Assembly: GCA_947178105.1 (NCBI GenBank)
Contig: CAMWXD010000019.1
Span: forward strand, 216-64,215
DNA from: an uncultured Eubacterium sp.
Lineage (GTDB): Bacteria > Bacillota > Clostridia > Lachnospirales > Lachnospiraceae
Length of the DNA stretch: 64,000 nt
Direction of reading: 5' to 3'
The notes beneath the pieces were generated by a model. That model saw nothing but the letters and a program-made list of their open reading frames with translations, ran no database searches and was not told the origin of the DNA. Position 1 is the first letter of the stretch, and each line of letters starts with the position of its first letter. Shown here piece by piece: positions 31,002 to 42,330 of this stretch. Both the position numbers and the translations under genes were made by a program.

Positions 31002-31595
31002 ATGCTACAGGAAAAATACAGGGATGTATCGGATGAACAACTGATCGCCAGGCTCCGGGGCGGGCAGACAGAGGTCATGGATTATTTGATGGAAAAGTAT
31101 AAAAACCTGGTGCGCAAACGGGCGAACGCATTATATTTAATCGGCGGCGAGACGGAAGACCTGATCCAGGAAGGCATGATTGGACTGTTTAAAGCGGTGC
31201 AGGACTACCGCCCCGATAAGGACGCTTCGTTTTATCATTTTGCGGAGCTGTGCATCAACCGTCAGATGTATACGGCGGTAGAAGCATCGCAGCGAAAAAA
31301 GCATACGCCGCTGAATTCTTATATTTCCTTAAATACAGGACAGGAAGGGGAAGAAGGCGTGTATCTGGAGGCGGGGGAGCATCTGCGGACACTGGATCCG
31401 GAGGCGTTGTTTATCAGCCAGGAGAATGTCCGGCTGCTTTTAAAGCAGGCAAATGAACGCTTAAGCCGGATGGAGCGCCAGGTGCTTGCCCTGTATCTGG
31501 AGGGGATGAACTATCACCAGATCGCGGAGCGTATGGGGAAAACGCCAAAGGCGGTAGACAATGCGCTCCAGCGGATTCGGGGAAAAATCAAATGA
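31002..31595 (+). CDS. sigH: RNA polymerase sigma-H factor
   Basis: EDLIQEGMIGLFKA, RKKHTPLNSYISL, KAVDNALQR; synteny after rlmB. Confidence 0.92.
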   Translation: MLQEKYRDVSDEQLIARLRGGQTEVMDYLMEKYKNLVRKRANALYLIGGETEDLIQEGMIGLFKAVQDYRPDKDASFYHFAELCINRQMYTAVEASQRKKHTPLNSYISLNTGQEGEEGVYLEAGEHLRTLDPEALFISQENVRLLLKQANERLSRMERQVLALYLEGMNYHQIAERMGKTPKAVDNALQRIRGKIK

Positions 31596-31676
31596 GGGGA
31601 AATATTTTACCGGAGACTTTTTGTAATGGGCGGGTTGTGATATAATGAAAAAAATGCTAAAGGAGATGCTACAACA

Positions 31677-32969
31677 ATGAAATCATATGCAAACAAAAAC
31701 CGGGAAGAGCTGTTGGCGATAAAGGAACAACTGGAACAGCAGTTTCAGACAGAAGAAGCGAAAGGCCATTCGTTTAATATGGCAAGAGGAAAGCCAGGCG
31801 CTTCCCAGTTGGCAATATCGATGCCGATGCTGGATGCGATTAACGGGGATTCCGATATGAATACGCTGCTTGGAAACGATACGCGTAATTACGGCGACTG
31901 GGACGGGATTGGCGAGTGCAGGCGGATGATGGCAGGTATGCTTGGCGTAGAGAAAGACAATGTCATCGTATGCGGCAATTCCAGCCTGAATATTATGTAT
32001 GATACGGTAGTGCGTTCCATGGTAAAGGGCGTAAATGGCTCTACGCCGTGGTGCAAGCTGGATAAGGTGAAATTTTTATGCCCGGTTCCAGGTTATGACA
32101 GGCATTTTAAGATTACAGAGCTGTTCGATATTGAGATGGTGAATATTCCGCTGTATGAAGACGGGCCGGATATGGACTTGGTAGAGCAGTATGTCAATCA
32201 CGATGCGTCGGTCAAAGGGATCTGGTGCGTGCCGAAGTATTCCAACCCGACCGGGATTTCCTATTCGGACGAGGTCGTAAGGCGGTTTGCGAACTTAAAG
32301 CCAAAGGCAGAAGATTTCAGGATTTACTGGGACAATGCATACTGCGTCCATCATATTTATGACGATGTGCAGGATGAGATCTTAAATATATTGGAAGAAT
32401 GCGAAAAAGCCGGCAATCCGAATATGGTATACATTTTTGGGTCTACGTCCAAAGTAAGCTTTCCAGGCTCCGGCGTATCCGCAATCGCAACCTCACTGGA
32501 AAATATGGATTTTATCAAAAAATTTATGACGACACAGATTATCGGACATGATAAGATCAACCAGCTCCGCCATGTCCGGTTTTTCAAAAATATTGACGGA
32601 ATCAAAGCGCATATGAAAAAACATGCAGATATCCTGCGCCCTAAATTTGAAGCGGTGCTTGACATTTTAGAAGCAGAGCTGGGCGGCCTTGAGATCGGGA
32701 GCTGGACGAAGCCGAGGGGCGGATATTTCATTTCGTTTGAATCGATGCCTGGCTGTGCAAAAGCAATCGTAGAAAAATGCAAGCAGCTTGGCATGGTGCT
32801 GACAGACGCAGGCGCTACGTATCCATATGGAAAAGACCCGAAGGATTCCAATATCCGTATCGCGCCGTCTTTCCCGACGCCGGAAGAAATGGTTGAGGCG
32901 ACAAAGCTTTTTGTGCTCTGTGTAAAGCTGGCTTCGGTGGAGAAGCTGTTAGCAAAGAAAGATGTATAA
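31677..32969 (+). CDS. PLP-dependent aminotransferase, class I/II-like
   Basis: NMARGKP, VPGYDRHF, YSNPTG, WDNAY, STSK, IRIAPS. Confidence 0.88.
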   Translation: MKSYANKNREELLAIKEQLEQQFQTEEAKGHSFNMARGKPGASQLAISMPMLDAINGDSDMNTLLGNDTRNYGDWDGIGECRRMMAGMLGVEKDNVIVCGNSSLNIMYDTVVRSMVKGVNGSTPWCKLDKVKFLCPVPGYDRHFKITELFDIEMVNIPLYEDGPDMDLVEQYVNHDASVKGIWCVPKYSNPTGISYSDEVVRRFANLKPKAEDFRIYWDNAYCVHHIYDDVQDEILNILEECEKAGNPNMVYIFGSTSKVSFPGSGVSAIATSLENMDFIKKFMTTQIIGHDKINQLRHVRFFKNIDGIKAHMKKHADILRPKFEAVLDILEAELGGLEIGSWTKPRGGYFISFESMPGCAKAIVEKCKQLGMVLTDAGATYPYGKDPKDSNIRIAPSFPTPEEMVEATKLFVLCVKLASVEKLLAKKDV

Positions 32970-33021
32970 TATGTATAAATATGCATGAATATGCAGGGCT
33001 GCCTGTAAGGGCGATTTGCCG

Positions 33022-33055
33022 CACTTCCTGAATGATGGGTTCAGGAAGTGTTTTT
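33022..33055 (+). terminator. Rho-independent terminator
   Basis: cacttcctgaa-N7-ttcaggaagtg-ttttt. Confidence 0.8.
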
Positions 33056-33069
33056 ATCTTATACTTTAA

Positions 33070-33885
33070 TTATTTTGATAAAGAAACAAATTCCGCCTTC
33101 CGGTTTTTAAATACAGTATAATAGGAAAATCCGCAGGCTTCCAGCAAGCCGGCAAGCCTGTCGAAGCCGTAGGCGACATGTTCTGGCTGGTGTGCGTCTG
33201 CGCCAAGAGTGAGGATCTCGCCGCCAAGCGCGCGGTATCTTTTTAAAATAGCTTCACATGGATTGGGGTGTCCAAGCCCGTATTTAAAGCCTGCCGTATT
33301 TACTTCTATTCCTTTTCCGAGCCCGATCAGTTTTTTTAAGACAGCGTCTAACACCTCTGCATACTTCTCATAGGAATAATGGGCGTTTTTGTTTGGCCCG
33401 TACCGTACGACATAGTCGATATGCCCGTAGACGTCAAAATCCTGGAAGGCGTCGATATTTTCTAAAATAGATGCAAAATATTCCTGATAGGCGTCCTCTT
33501 CGCTGCGCCCTTCGTAATAGGAAGCATAGTACGGGTCTTTTCCATGCACAACATGGGAAGAGCCGATGACAAAGTCAAATGGGTATGCCTGTAAAAGCTG
33601 TGCATGTTTTTTTGCCAGGTGCGGCTGCAAACCGAGTTCGATGCCGTAGAAAACCGGCAGCCTGCCTGCATATTTATGCTGCAAGTTGTGAATGGCGCTG
33701 TTGTACGCCGCGGGGTCGAATTCAAATATGGCAGGATCTTGCGGGTTGGCTGGATAGTCATAGTCCATATGGTCTGTAAAGCAGATGCCCAAAAGCCCTT
33801 TTGCAATGGCTGCCTGTACCATGGATTCCGGTGTGCTGCTGCTGTCGCCGGAAAAGCTGCTGTGCATATGTGTGTCCCAGTACAT
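33070..33885 (-). CDS. PHP-family histidinol-phosphatase (HisJ/HisK-like)
   Basis: DTHMHS, FTDH, GHID, EVNT, GADAH. Confidence 0.85.
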   Translation of the reverse strand: MYWDTHMHSSFSGDSSSTPESMVQAAIAKGLLGICFTDHMDYDYPANPQDPAIFEFDPAAYNSAIHNLQHKYAGRLPVFYGIELGLQPHLAKKHAQLLQAYPFDFVIGSSHVVHGKDPYYASYYEGRSEEDAYQEYFASILENIDAFQDFDVYGHIDYVVRYGPNKNAHYSYEKYAEVLDAVLKKLIGLGKGIEVNTAGFKYGLGHPNPCEAILKRYRALGGEILTLGADAHQPEHVAYGFDRLAGLLEACGFSYYTVFKNRKAEFVSLSK

Positions 33886-34058
33886 GGAAAACTCCTTTCT
33901 TTCGCTCTTATTTGGCTGGCGGCGGGCAGGTTCATACCGCTGCCTGTTGGCATGATATTATTTTACTGTATTTGGGGCAGGATAGGCAAGCAAAAAAGCA
34001 GGCTTTTCCAGTTTCATAAAAATTTATAAAAAAAATTAGAAAAAGTGCGGAATGCTAC

Positions 34059-34087
34059 TTGAAATTTTACAAAAGATTGGTTAAAAT
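34059..34087 (+). promoter_or_regulatory. SigA-type promoter of gap
   Basis: TTGAAA-N17-TAAAAT. Confidence 0.55.
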
Positions 34088-34156
34088 AGGTAATAGCTTG
34101 GGTATATTATCCAATTAGATAAAATATTTCAAATAATGTTTAGGAGGAAATCAAAC

Positions 34157-35173
34157 ATGGCAGTAAGAGTAGCGATCAATGGTTTTGGCCGTATCGGCCG
34201 TCTTGCATTCAGACAGATGTTCGGAGCAGAAGGGTATGAAGTAGTTGCAATCAACGACCTGACAAGCCCGAAAATGCTGGCGCATCTGTTAAAGTATGAC
34301 TCTTCACAGGGCAAATACGAACTGGCTGACAAAGTATCTGCTGGCGAAGATTCCATTACAGTTGACGGCAAGGAAATCAAGATCTACGCATTCCCGGATG
34401 CAAATAATTGCCCATGGGGTGAATTAAAGGTTGACGTAGTATTAGAATGCTCCGGCTTCTATACAAGCAAGGCAAAAGCAGAAGCTCATATCAATGCAGG
34501 TGCACGCAAAGTCGTTATTTCTGCACCGGCTGGAAATGACCTGCCTACCATCGTGTTTAATACGAACCATGAGACACTCAAAGCTTCTGATACAATTATT
34601 TCAGCAGCTTCTTGTACAACAAACTGCCTGGCACCAATGGCTGACGCACTGAACAAATATGCTCCGGTTCAGTCTGGTATTATGGTAACGATCCATGCTT
34701 ACACAGGCGATCAGATGACACTTGACGGCCCGCAGAGAAAAGGCGACCTGAGACGTTCCCGTGCAGCAGCAGTGAATATTGTTCCAAACTCTACAGGCGC
34801 TGCAAAAGCAATCGGCCTTGTTATTCCTGAATTAAACGGCAAACTGATCGGTTCTGCACAGCGTGTTCCTACACCGACAGGCTCTACTACAATCTTAACA
34901 GCAGTTGTAAATAAGGCTGGCGTAACAGTAGAAGGCATCAATGCAGCTATGAAGGCAGCAGCTAATGAATCCTTCGGATACAATGAGGATGAAATCGTAT
35001 CTTCTGATATCGTAGGTATGAGATACGGCTCTCTGTTTGATGCTACACAGACAATGGTCAGCAAAATTTCTGATGATCAGTACGAAGTACAGGTAGTTTC
35101 CTGGTATGACAATGAGAACTCCTATACTTCCCAGATGGTACGTACGATCAAATATTTCTCAGAATTAGCATAA
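34157..35173 (+). CDS. gap: Glyceraldehyde-3-phosphate dehydrogenase type I
   Basis: [24 protein letters not shown]; RBS aggagg. Confidence 0.97.
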   Translation: MAVRVAINGFGRIGRLAFRQMFGAEGYEVVAINDLTSPKMLAHLLKYDSSQGKYELADKVSAGEDSITVDGKEIKIYAFPDANNCPWGELKVDVVLECSGFYTSKAKAEAHINAGARKVVISAPAGNDLPTIVFNTNHETLKASDTIISAASCTTNCLAPMADALNKYAPVQSGIMVTIHAYTGDQMTLDGPQRKGDLRRSRAAAVNIVPNSTGAAKAIGLVIPELNGKLIGSAQRVPTPTGSTTILTAVVNKAGVTVEGINAAMKAAANESFGYNEDEIVSSDIVGMRYGSLFDATQTMVSKISDDQYEVQVVSWYDNENSYTSQMVRTIKYFSELA

Positions 35174-35199
35174 TTTTGGACAATCTGTCAGTAAGACTC

Positions 35200-35236
35200 A
35201 ACAAAGGGTCCGGTCGAAAAGGACCGGGCCCTTGTT
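35200..35236 (+). terminator. Intercistronic hairpin (terminator or stabiliser) between gap and pgk
   Basis: aacaaagggtccggtc-loop-gaccgggcccttgtt. Confidence 0.6.
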
Positions 35237-35313
35237 ATGTAAGACATGGATGGATTGCCATGCCGTAAGGCAAAATCAGAACACAATGTAAATCAGATTT
35301 GGAGGAAAGACAC

Positions 35314-36522
35314 ATGGGTTTAAATAAAAAGTCCGTAGATGATATCAACGTAGCAGGCAAGAAGGTACTTTGCAGATGCGATTTTAACGTGCCGTTAAAA
35401 GAAGGCGCGATTACAGATGAAAACCGTCTCGTAGCAGCGCTTCCTACGATTAAAAAGCTGATCGCTGACGGCGGAAGAGTCATTCTCTGCTCCCATCTCG
35501 GCAAGCCGAAGGGGGAACCAAAACCGGAATTATCGCTTGCTCCGGTAGCAAAAAGGCTTTCTGAACTGTTAGGGCAGGAAGTAAAGTTTGCGGCAGACAA
35601 TGAAGTCGTAGGCGCAAATGCAAAAGCCGCAGTAGAAGCAATGAAGGACGGGGAAGTTATCCTGCTGGAAAATACCCGCTACCGCAAGGAAGAGACGAAA
35701 AACGGCGAAGAATTCAGCAAAGACCTGGCTTCCTTATGTGACGTATTTGTAAACGACGCATTCGGTACAGCACACCGGGCACACTGCTCAAACGTAGGCG
35801 TTGCGCAGCTCGTTGATACGGCAGTTGTCGGATATTTAATGCAGAAAGAGATTGACTTTTTAGGAAATGCAGTTGAAAATCCGGTTCGCCCGTTTGTAGC
35901 GATCCTCGGCGGCGCAAAAGTAGCGGACAAGTTAAATGTTATCGACAACCTGCTGGAAAAATGCGATACGCTTATTATTGGCGGCGGTATGGCTTATACG
36001 TTCTTAAAAGCGCAGGGCAATGAAATCGGCACTTCCCTTGTAGACGATTCCAAAGTAGATTACTGCAAGGAAATGATCGCGAAAGCAGAAAAGCTTGGTA
36101 AAAAGCTGCTGCTTCCGGTAGATGCGGTTACCATTAAGGAATTCCCGAACCCGATCGACGCTCCGGTTGAGACAGAGGTTTATGATTCTTCTGCAATGCC
36201 TGCGGACAGACAGGGCTGTGATATCGGGCCAAAGACACAGGCTTTATTTGCAGATGCGGTAAAATCTGCAAAGACAGTCGTATGGAATGGGCCGATGGGC
36301 GTATTTGAAAATCCGACACTTGCTGAAGGTACGATTGCAGTAGCGAAAGCACTGGCTGAGACAGACGCAACAACGATTATCGGCGGCGGCGACTCAGCAG
36401 CGGCTGTCAATACACTTGGCTACGGCGATAAGATGTCCCATATTTCCACAGGCGGCGGCGCTTCTTTGGAATTTTTGGAGGGCAAGGAGCTTCCGGGCGT
36501 GGCAGCAGCAAACGATAAATAA
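35314..36522 (+). CDS. pgk: Phosphoglycerate kinase
   Basis: [37 protein letters not shown]. Confidence 0.97.
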   Translation: MGLNKKSVDDINVAGKKVLCRCDFNVPLKEGAITDENRLVAALPTIKKLIADGGRVILCSHLGKPKGEPKPELSLAPVAKRLSELLGQEVKFAADNEVVGANAKAAVEAMKDGEVILLENTRYRKEETKNGEEFSKDLASLCDVFVNDAFGTAHRAHCSNVGVAQLVDTAVVGYLMQKEIDFLGNAVENPVRPFVAILGGAKVADKLNVIDNLLEKCDTLIIGGGMAYTFLKAQGNEIGTSLVDDSKVDYCKEMIAKAEKLGKKLLLPVDAVTIKEFPNPIDAPVETEVYDSSAMPADRQGCDIGPKTQALFADAVKSAKTVVWNGPMGVFENPTLAEGTIAVAKALAETDATTIIGGGDSAAAVNTLGYGDKMSHISTGGGASLEFLEGKELPGVAAANDK

Positions 36523-36589
36523 ATCGATAACGATTAGCAATCAGCAGCGAAATCGAATCTGAAAATAAGAATCTGAGAGGGATCAAGCA

Positions 36590-37339
36590 ATGGCGAGAAA
36601 GAAAATCGTGGCCGGCAACTGGAAGATGAATATGACTCCAAGCCAGGCTGTAAAATTAGTCGAAGAATTAAAACCGCTTGTAGCAAGCGATGACGTAGAA
36701 GTGGTTTACTGTGTGCCGGCAGTTGATATCGTACCGGTTGTGGAAGCGGTAAAGGGCACAAATGTGGCAGTAGGCGCAGAAAACATGTACTATGAAGAAA
36801 AAGGCGCTTATACAGGCGAAATCTCTGCGGAGATGTTAGTGGATGCTGGTGTGAAATATGTCATTATCGGACATTCCGAGCGTCGTGATTACTTTAAAGA
36901 ATGCGACTGTATGTTAAATAAAAAAGTGAAGAAGGCGTTGGAGCATAACCTGACACCAATCCTTTGCTGCGGCGAATCATTGGAGCAGAGAGAAATGGGG
37001 ATTACGCTTGACTGGATACGTATGCAGATCAAGTCTGATTTAAAGGATATTACAGCAGAGCAGGTTGCATCCCTTGTAATCGCATATGAGCCGATCTGGG
37101 CGATTGGCACAGGCAAGACAGCGACATCAGACCAGGCTCAGGAAGTATGCGGCGCGATTCGTGCATGTATAGCAGAAATGTATGACCAGGCGACCGCAGA
37201 TGCAGTACGCATCCAGTACGGCGGATCTGTGAATGCAGCAAATGCGGCAGAATTGTTCGGCAAGCCGGATATTGACGGCGGGCTTGTAGGCGGCGCAAGC
37301 TTAAAGGCTGATTTTGGAAAGATTGTGAATTATAAATAA
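36590..37339 (+). CDS. tpiA: Triosephosphate isomerase
   Basis: [36 protein letters not shown]. Confidence 0.97.
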   Translation: MARKKIVAGNWKMNMTPSQAVKLVEELKPLVASDDVEVVYCVPAVDIVPVVEAVKGTNVAVGAENMYYEEKGAYTGEISAEMLVDAGVKYVIIGHSERRDYFKECDCMLNKKVKKALEHNLTPILCCGESLEQREMGITLDWIRMQIKSDLKDITAEQVASLVIAYEPIWAIGTGKTATSDQAQEVCGAIRACIAEMYDQATADAVRIQYGGSVNAANAAELFGKPDIDGGLVGGASLKADFGKIVNYK

Positions 37340-37567
37340 GGCTGCTGCGGATAAAATGCAGGGGGCATTGTGCAAAAAGCGCAGTGCTTTCTGCTTTTTA
37401 GAAAAGCGTTCTATTTTTACAAACAAAAAAATCTGCCGTTGGCAGATATTTTTTGCTGTGTTAATCAAATTCTGTATGTCAAATATGCATATATAATTTT
37501 AGCAATATATCACATCATAATGTACATTTGCAAACCGTATATTGATTAATGCACATTGTCCGTTTAA

Positions 37568-37771
37568 CTATTTAATTACAGTTACATTGGTAGCCTGCGG
37601 TCCTTTTGCACCTTCGGTTACTTCAAATTCTACAGAAGCGCCTTCTTCCAGAGACTTAAAGCCTTCCATGTTCAGGCCGGAAAAATGTACGAAAACATCT
37701 TTGCCTTCTTCATCTGTGATGAAACCATAACCTTTCTGATTGTTAAACCATTTTACTGTACCCTTGTTCAT
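37568..37771 (-). CDS. csp: Cold-shock protein (CspA family)
   Basis: [30 protein letters not shown]. Confidence 0.95.
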   Translation of the reverse strand: MNKGTVKWFNNQKGYGFITDEEGKDVFVHFSGLNMEGFKSLEEGASVEFEVTEGAKGPQATNVTVIK

Positions 37772-37874
37772 AACAGTACCTCCAAGATCATATTAGCTGT
37801 ATGCAGCGAATGGGCTGTTTTCAGCCTACGGATACGATAGCATAAAAAAAAAGAAAAGTAAAGCGAAAAAAAGG

Positions 37875-38378
37875 TCAAATTTCCGAAAAAACGACTTTAT
37901 TTCGATTTAAGAAGTTTATTGTAAACTTTTCCCAATCCCTCTCGAAACTTTTATCCGGTATAAATACGCGGTAGGACACACCGGTTGTCAGAATTAATTG
38001 TTCTTTTTGGTATAGAATATTCAGATAAGCAGCAAGGATATCTGTGGGCGCGATGGATGTACCGGAAGCCTGTATGGTGTTTTTCAGGTTCGAAGGAGAG
38101 AGCATCAGCACAAATTTAAAAGACGTCGGTGTGGTTTTCCCTTTGATCAGGCTGTAACAAACAGGGCGCAGCCTGCCATACGGTATGTAAGTAAGCCCTT
38201 CTAGCTGGTTGTCGGCTAATTCCTCCGCAGAAAAGAAAGACTGGTTCAAGCGCCCGTCAATGTCGTATTGGACGGCTGCATGGATGGAAGCTTCTGACAG
38301 AAGAAAATTATCAAACAGCCCGCTGCAAAGCAGCAGTTGCATAAATTCTTTTTTTTCGGTTAGCTGGAACGCCTTCAT
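37875..38378 (-). CDS. Conserved hypothetical protein (DUF5721-like)
   Basis: FMQLLL...FDNFLLSEA...IDGRLN...LIKGKTTP pattern recalled for this family. Confidence 0.65.
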   Translation of the reverse strand: MKAFQLTEKKEFMQLLLCSGLFDNFLLSEASIHAAVQYDIDGRLNQSFFSAEELADNQLEGLTYIPYGRLRPVCYSLIKGKTTPTSFKFVLMLSPSNLKNTIQASGTSIAPTDILAAYLNILYQKEQLILTTGVSYRVFIPDKSFERDWEKFTINFLNRNKVVFSEI

Positions 38379-38601
38379 ATGTAATCATCCCCCTGAAATT
38401 GTGATAATTTTATTATAGGGGATATCTATGATTTTACAATAGGCAAATTTTTGCAAATTAGAAAAAACGATTGAAAAACATGCCAAATCAGGATATCATA
38501 GAAGAGAAAAGCATTTTTTTGACAGAAATGGAAGGGCATAAGAATAGAAATAAAATAGAAACTGGTTGTATTGCAGATCGAAAACAGAGAGGAATTATCA
38601 A

Positions 38602-39813
38602 ATGAAACGAAACAGGTTATTTGGCAAAAGAAGGCGCCTGGCTGTTGGACTGCTGTTTGCGGTATTAAGCGGGGCATTGTCCGGCTGTGCCATGCCGGAA
38701 GATTTTGCTGGTATTCTAAGGCCGGTGGAGGAGGTCGTCAGTACCGTCCGCCAGAATATGGAGCTGCGCCAGCAGATGAATGCGCTGGAGCTGCCGAAGG
38801 ATGTGGAAAGTATTTCGGCGGGCAGGTACGCATATGAGACGCTGCCAGACGAAGAGAAGAAAATATATGACCAAATGCTTGATGCAGTGATGAACCATGA
38901 GGAGGAGGTCACGCTTTCGACCTCGGACGGGCGCCGTCTGGAGGATATTTTTAATTGTGTGAAAGCGGACCACGGCGGGCTGTTCTGGGTAGAGAGCTTT
39001 CGGTATACCCAGTACCAGAGGAACGGGCATACGGAGGTGATGTCTTTTGCACCAAACTACATTATGACGGAGCAGGAACGGGAGGAGATGCAGAAAAAAA
39101 TTGACAGGCGGGTGCAAAATTATTTGAAGGGAATCGAAAACAGTGCGGATGATTATGAAAAAGTAAAAACGATCTACCGCAGGCTGATCCAGAAAGTAGA
39201 CTACAATATGGATGCCCAAAATAACCAGAACATTATCAGCGTATTTATCGGAAAAGAGACAGTCTGCCAGGGCTATGCAAGCGCGATGCAGTACCTTCTG
39301 GAAAAGCTGGATATCCCATGTGTGATCGTGACCGGTATGGCAAAGGGAGGGCCTCATGCGTGGAACCTTGTGCAGCTTGACGAGGAATGGTATTATGTGG
39401 ATGCGACCTGGGGAAATTCCAAATACCATGACGATGAAGAAAACGACGTTAAATATGTAGAATACGATTATCTGAACATAACGACCGAGGAAATGCTGCA
39501 AGACCACAGCCCACAGGTAAAATTTGCGCTGCCGGATTGTACCGCGCTTTTGAATAATTATTTTGTAAAGGAAGATAAATATTTTACAGACCTGGAGGAA
39601 GCATCGATTGCAAAGCTGGGCAGTATTTTCAAGCGTGCGTACAAAAAGGGAAAAAACAACATATCGGTAAAATTCAGCAACAGGGAGCTGTGCGCGCAGG
39701 CAAAGGAATATTTTTTGACGCAGTACCATATCAGCGATTACTGCGACGGGCTGGAAACGGTTTATTATAAGACGGATATGCAAATGAATATTTTTGTGGT
39801 GATCTTTCCATAA
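38602..39813 (+). CDS. Transglutaminase-like domain lipoprotein
   Basis: Lipobox LSGC; VCQGYA, HAWNLV, YVDATW triad. Confidence 0.85.
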   Translation: MKRNRLFGKRRRLAVGLLFAVLSGALSGCAMPEDFAGILRPVEEVVSTVRQNMELRQQMNALELPKDVESISAGRYAYETLPDEEKKIYDQMLDAVMNHEEEVTLSTSDGRRLEDIFNCVKADHGGLFWVESFRYTQYQRNGHTEVMSFAPNYIMTEQEREEMQKKIDRRVQNYLKGIENSADDYEKVKTIYRRLIQKVDYNMDAQNNQNIISVFIGKETVCQGYASAMQYLLEKLDIPCVIVTGMAKGGPHAWNLVQLDEEWYYVDATWGNSKYHDDEENDVKYVEYDYLNITTEEMLQDHSPQVKFALPDCTALLNNYFVKEDKYFTDLEEASIAKLGSIFKRAYKKGKNNISVKFSNRELCAQAKEYFLTQYHISDYCDGLETVYYKTDMQMNIFVVIFP

Positions 39814-39972
39814 CCGGATGCCATAAGTTTTTCCTCGAAACATATTTACAAATCCTGATTTTGATGTTATTATCATGTGGTAATGAATACTATGTAAAAA
39901 TGAGATGGATAATAGATATAGTCATATAGGAAATAGAAATAACGATCATATCAGGAAATTGAGGAGGAAGTT

Positions 39973-40812
39973 ATGGGGTATAAAATTATTGTAGACAGTT
40001 GCGGGGAGCTGCCAAAGGATTGGAAGCAGGATGCGCGTTTTCAGTCTGTGCCGCTGGAGCTGGATGTGGACGATTACCATGTCGTGGATGACGAAAGCTT
40101 TTGCCAGAAGGAATTTTTACAGAAGGTTAAGGAAAGCCCGAACAGCCCCAAGTCTGCATGTCCTTCACCGCAGAAATATTATGACGCATTTTGCTCAAAG
40201 GCAGAGCATATCTACGCAGTGACGCTGTCTTCGCGCCTGAGCGGGTCATATAACAGTGCGCAGACGGCGGTACAGATGTTTGCAGGCGATTTTCCAGATA
40301 AAAAGATCCATGTATTTGACTCCTGTTCCGCTTCGGTGGGGGAGACTCTGATTGCAATGAAGATCCAGGAGTTTGAAGAAGCAGGCTGTACGTTTGAAGA
40401 AACGGTCAGAAAAGTGCAGGAATATATCGAGGAGCAGCAGACTTTTTTTGTGCTGGAAACATTGGAAACACTGCGCAAAAACGGCCGCCTGAGCAACCTG
40501 AAAGCTTTTGTGGCAAATGTGCTCAAGATCAAGCCTGTCATGGGTTCGACGCCGGATGGACAGATCTGCCAGTTGGCGCAGGCACAGGGGATGAATAAAG
40601 CATTGGAGCGGATGGTACAGGAGATTTTAAACCGTACGAAAAACCAGGAGGAGCGGATTCTTGCGATTGCACACTGCAACTGTCCGCAGCGTGCCCAGCG
40701 GGTCAGGGAAAGGATTGAAGCGCTGATGCATTTTAAAAAGATCCTGATTCTGGACACGGCAGGGGTCAGCAGCATGTATGCGAATGACGGAGGCGTAATT
40801 GTGGCTGTTTGA
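39973..40812 (+). CDS. DegV family fatty-acid binding protein
   Basis: [36 protein letters not shown]. Confidence 0.9.
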   Translation: MGYKIIVDSCGELPKDWKQDARFQSVPLELDVDDYHVVDDESFCQKEFLQKVKESPNSPKSACPSPQKYYDAFCSKAEHIYAVTLSSRLSGSYNSAQTAVQMFAGDFPDKKIHVFDSCSASVGETLIAMKIQEFEEAGCTFEETVRKVQEYIEEQQTFFVLETLETLRKNGRLSNLKAFVANVLKIKPVMGSTPDGQICQLAQAQGMNKALERMVQEILNRTKNQEERILAIAHCNCPQRAQRVRERIEALMHFKKILILDTAGVSSMYANDGGVIVAV

Positions 40813-40997
40813 TGTTTGCCTGGCAGGAAATGCAGAAGGATTGTCATACGTTTGGAGTGGGGTTGTCTGGCGGCAGCCCCATTTTGCTTGAAAGAAGAAA
40901 GCGCTTGTGGTATCTTAATATTAGGAAACATGAGGCAGCATCGGATTGCCTCGTATGGATTTTGTGTACGTTGGAAAACAGAGGATGGAGGAACAGA

Positions 40998-42311
40998 ATG
41001 AATCGGATCGTATCAAAGCTGCTGCTGTATGGGGATATGCCGCAGGATTCTATTTTAATGGAGCTTGGGAGTATCTGCGCTGATTTGCGCGGGCATACAC
41101 AGACAGAGGAGGAACTGACAGAACGGATTTACCGGCAGGTGAAGCGCCTGCTGGTTGTAGCTACGGATTATGGGTTTGATCGAAATTTATGGCAGGATTA
41201 TCTGACGTTTTTGTTGATTACGAATGAAAACCCATTCAGCATTACGTGTGAAAAGGTAGGCGCCAACGAGGGCAGCGTGAATGCTTTTGCAAAGAACGAT
41301 TTTAAAGTATTCCAGCAGTTGTTTGGCTATGATTTTGGATGGATCGAAAAGGAGCTTGGGATAGACTGCTTTTCGCGGCTGTCGGATTATCAGGCGATCG
41401 GCAAGACAGAGCTGATGTATAATAAGAATGTCAGTGAAAAGGTGCGCGCCTTGAGCGAAAAGCTGCGAACGGCGGCTGATGAGGAACAGTTTTTTGCGTA
41501 TGTGACTGATTTTTATAAAGCCTATGGGGTCGGGATGTTCGGGCTGAATAAGGCGTTTCGTATTTCGCCGGACGAAGGGCGCGGCGTAGCGTTCCATCCG
41601 ATCAACAATATGGAAAAAGTCATGCTTGACGACCTGATCGGATATGAGATCCAAAAGAAAAAGCTGGTGGACAATACACGCGCTTTTGTACAGGGGCGCA
41701 AGGCAAACAACGTACTGCTGTTTGGGGACAGCGGCACCGGCAAGTCGACGAGCATCAAAGCGATTGTCAATGAATTTTACGACCAGGGGCTGCGGATGAT
41801 CGAGATTTACAAGCATCAGTTCAAGGATTTGTCCAATGTGATAGCGCAGGTCAAAAACCGGAACTACCGATTTATTATCTATATGGACGACCTGTCTTTT
41901 GAAGAATTTGAAATTGAGTATAAATTTTTAAAAGCTGTGATTGAGGGCGGCGTGGAGACAAAACCGGAGAATATACTGATCTATGCGACTTCCAACCGCA
42001 GGCATATTATTAAGGAGACATGGAGCGACCGCGATGATATCAAGATTCAAAACGGAATGCACCAGTCCGATACAATGGAAGAAAAACTGTCTCTGGTCAA
42101 CCGTTTTGGTGTAACGATTAACTATTCAAAACCGAGCCAGAAGGAATATTTTCAAATTGTAATCGCTCTTGCGCGCAGGGCTGGGCTTACAATGAGCGAC
42201 GATGAGCTGCGTATGGAAGCGAACCGCTGGGAGTTAAGCCATGGAGGGATTTCCGGGCGTACCGCACAGCAGTTTGTCAATTACCTGCTAGGATTTGCCG
42301 GGGATCAGTAG
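40998..42311 (+). CDS. DUF815-type AAA+ ATPase
   Basis: [51 protein letters not shown]. Confidence 0.85.
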   Translation: MNRIVSKLLLYGDMPQDSILMELGSICADLRGHTQTEEELTERIYRQVKRLLVVATDYGFDRNLWQDYLTFLLITNENPFSITCEKVGANEGSVNAFAKNDFKVFQQLFGYDFGWIEKELGIDCFSRLSDYQAIGKTELMYNKNVSEKVRALSEKLRTAADEEQFFAYVTDFYKAYGVGMFGLNKAFRISPDEGRGVAFHPINNMEKVMLDDLIGYEIQKKKLVDNTRAFVQGRKANNVLLFGDSGTGKSTSIKAIVNEFYDQGLRMIEIYKHQFKDLSNVIAQVKNRNYRFIIYMDDLSFEEFEIEYKFLKAVIEGGVETKPENILIYATSNRRHIIKETWSDRDDIKIQNGMHQSDTMEEKLSLVNRFGVTINYSKPSQKEYFQIVIALARRAGLTMSDDELRMEANRWELSHGGISGRTAQQFVNYLLGFAGDQ

Positions 42312-42330
42312 GAAGAAAGCGAGGTTTCTT

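Noticed and set aside
37445-37565. AT-rich stretch with short palindromes downstream of csp as an sRNA
   Set aside because: Adequately explained as csp 3' UTR ending at the hairpin near 37425-37454; no clear promoter or structure
25503-39876. Long antisense ORFs at 25503-26591, 27027-28100, 27290-28126 and 38716-39876
   Set aside because: Mirror frames of real genes caused by codon bias; no independent coding evidence
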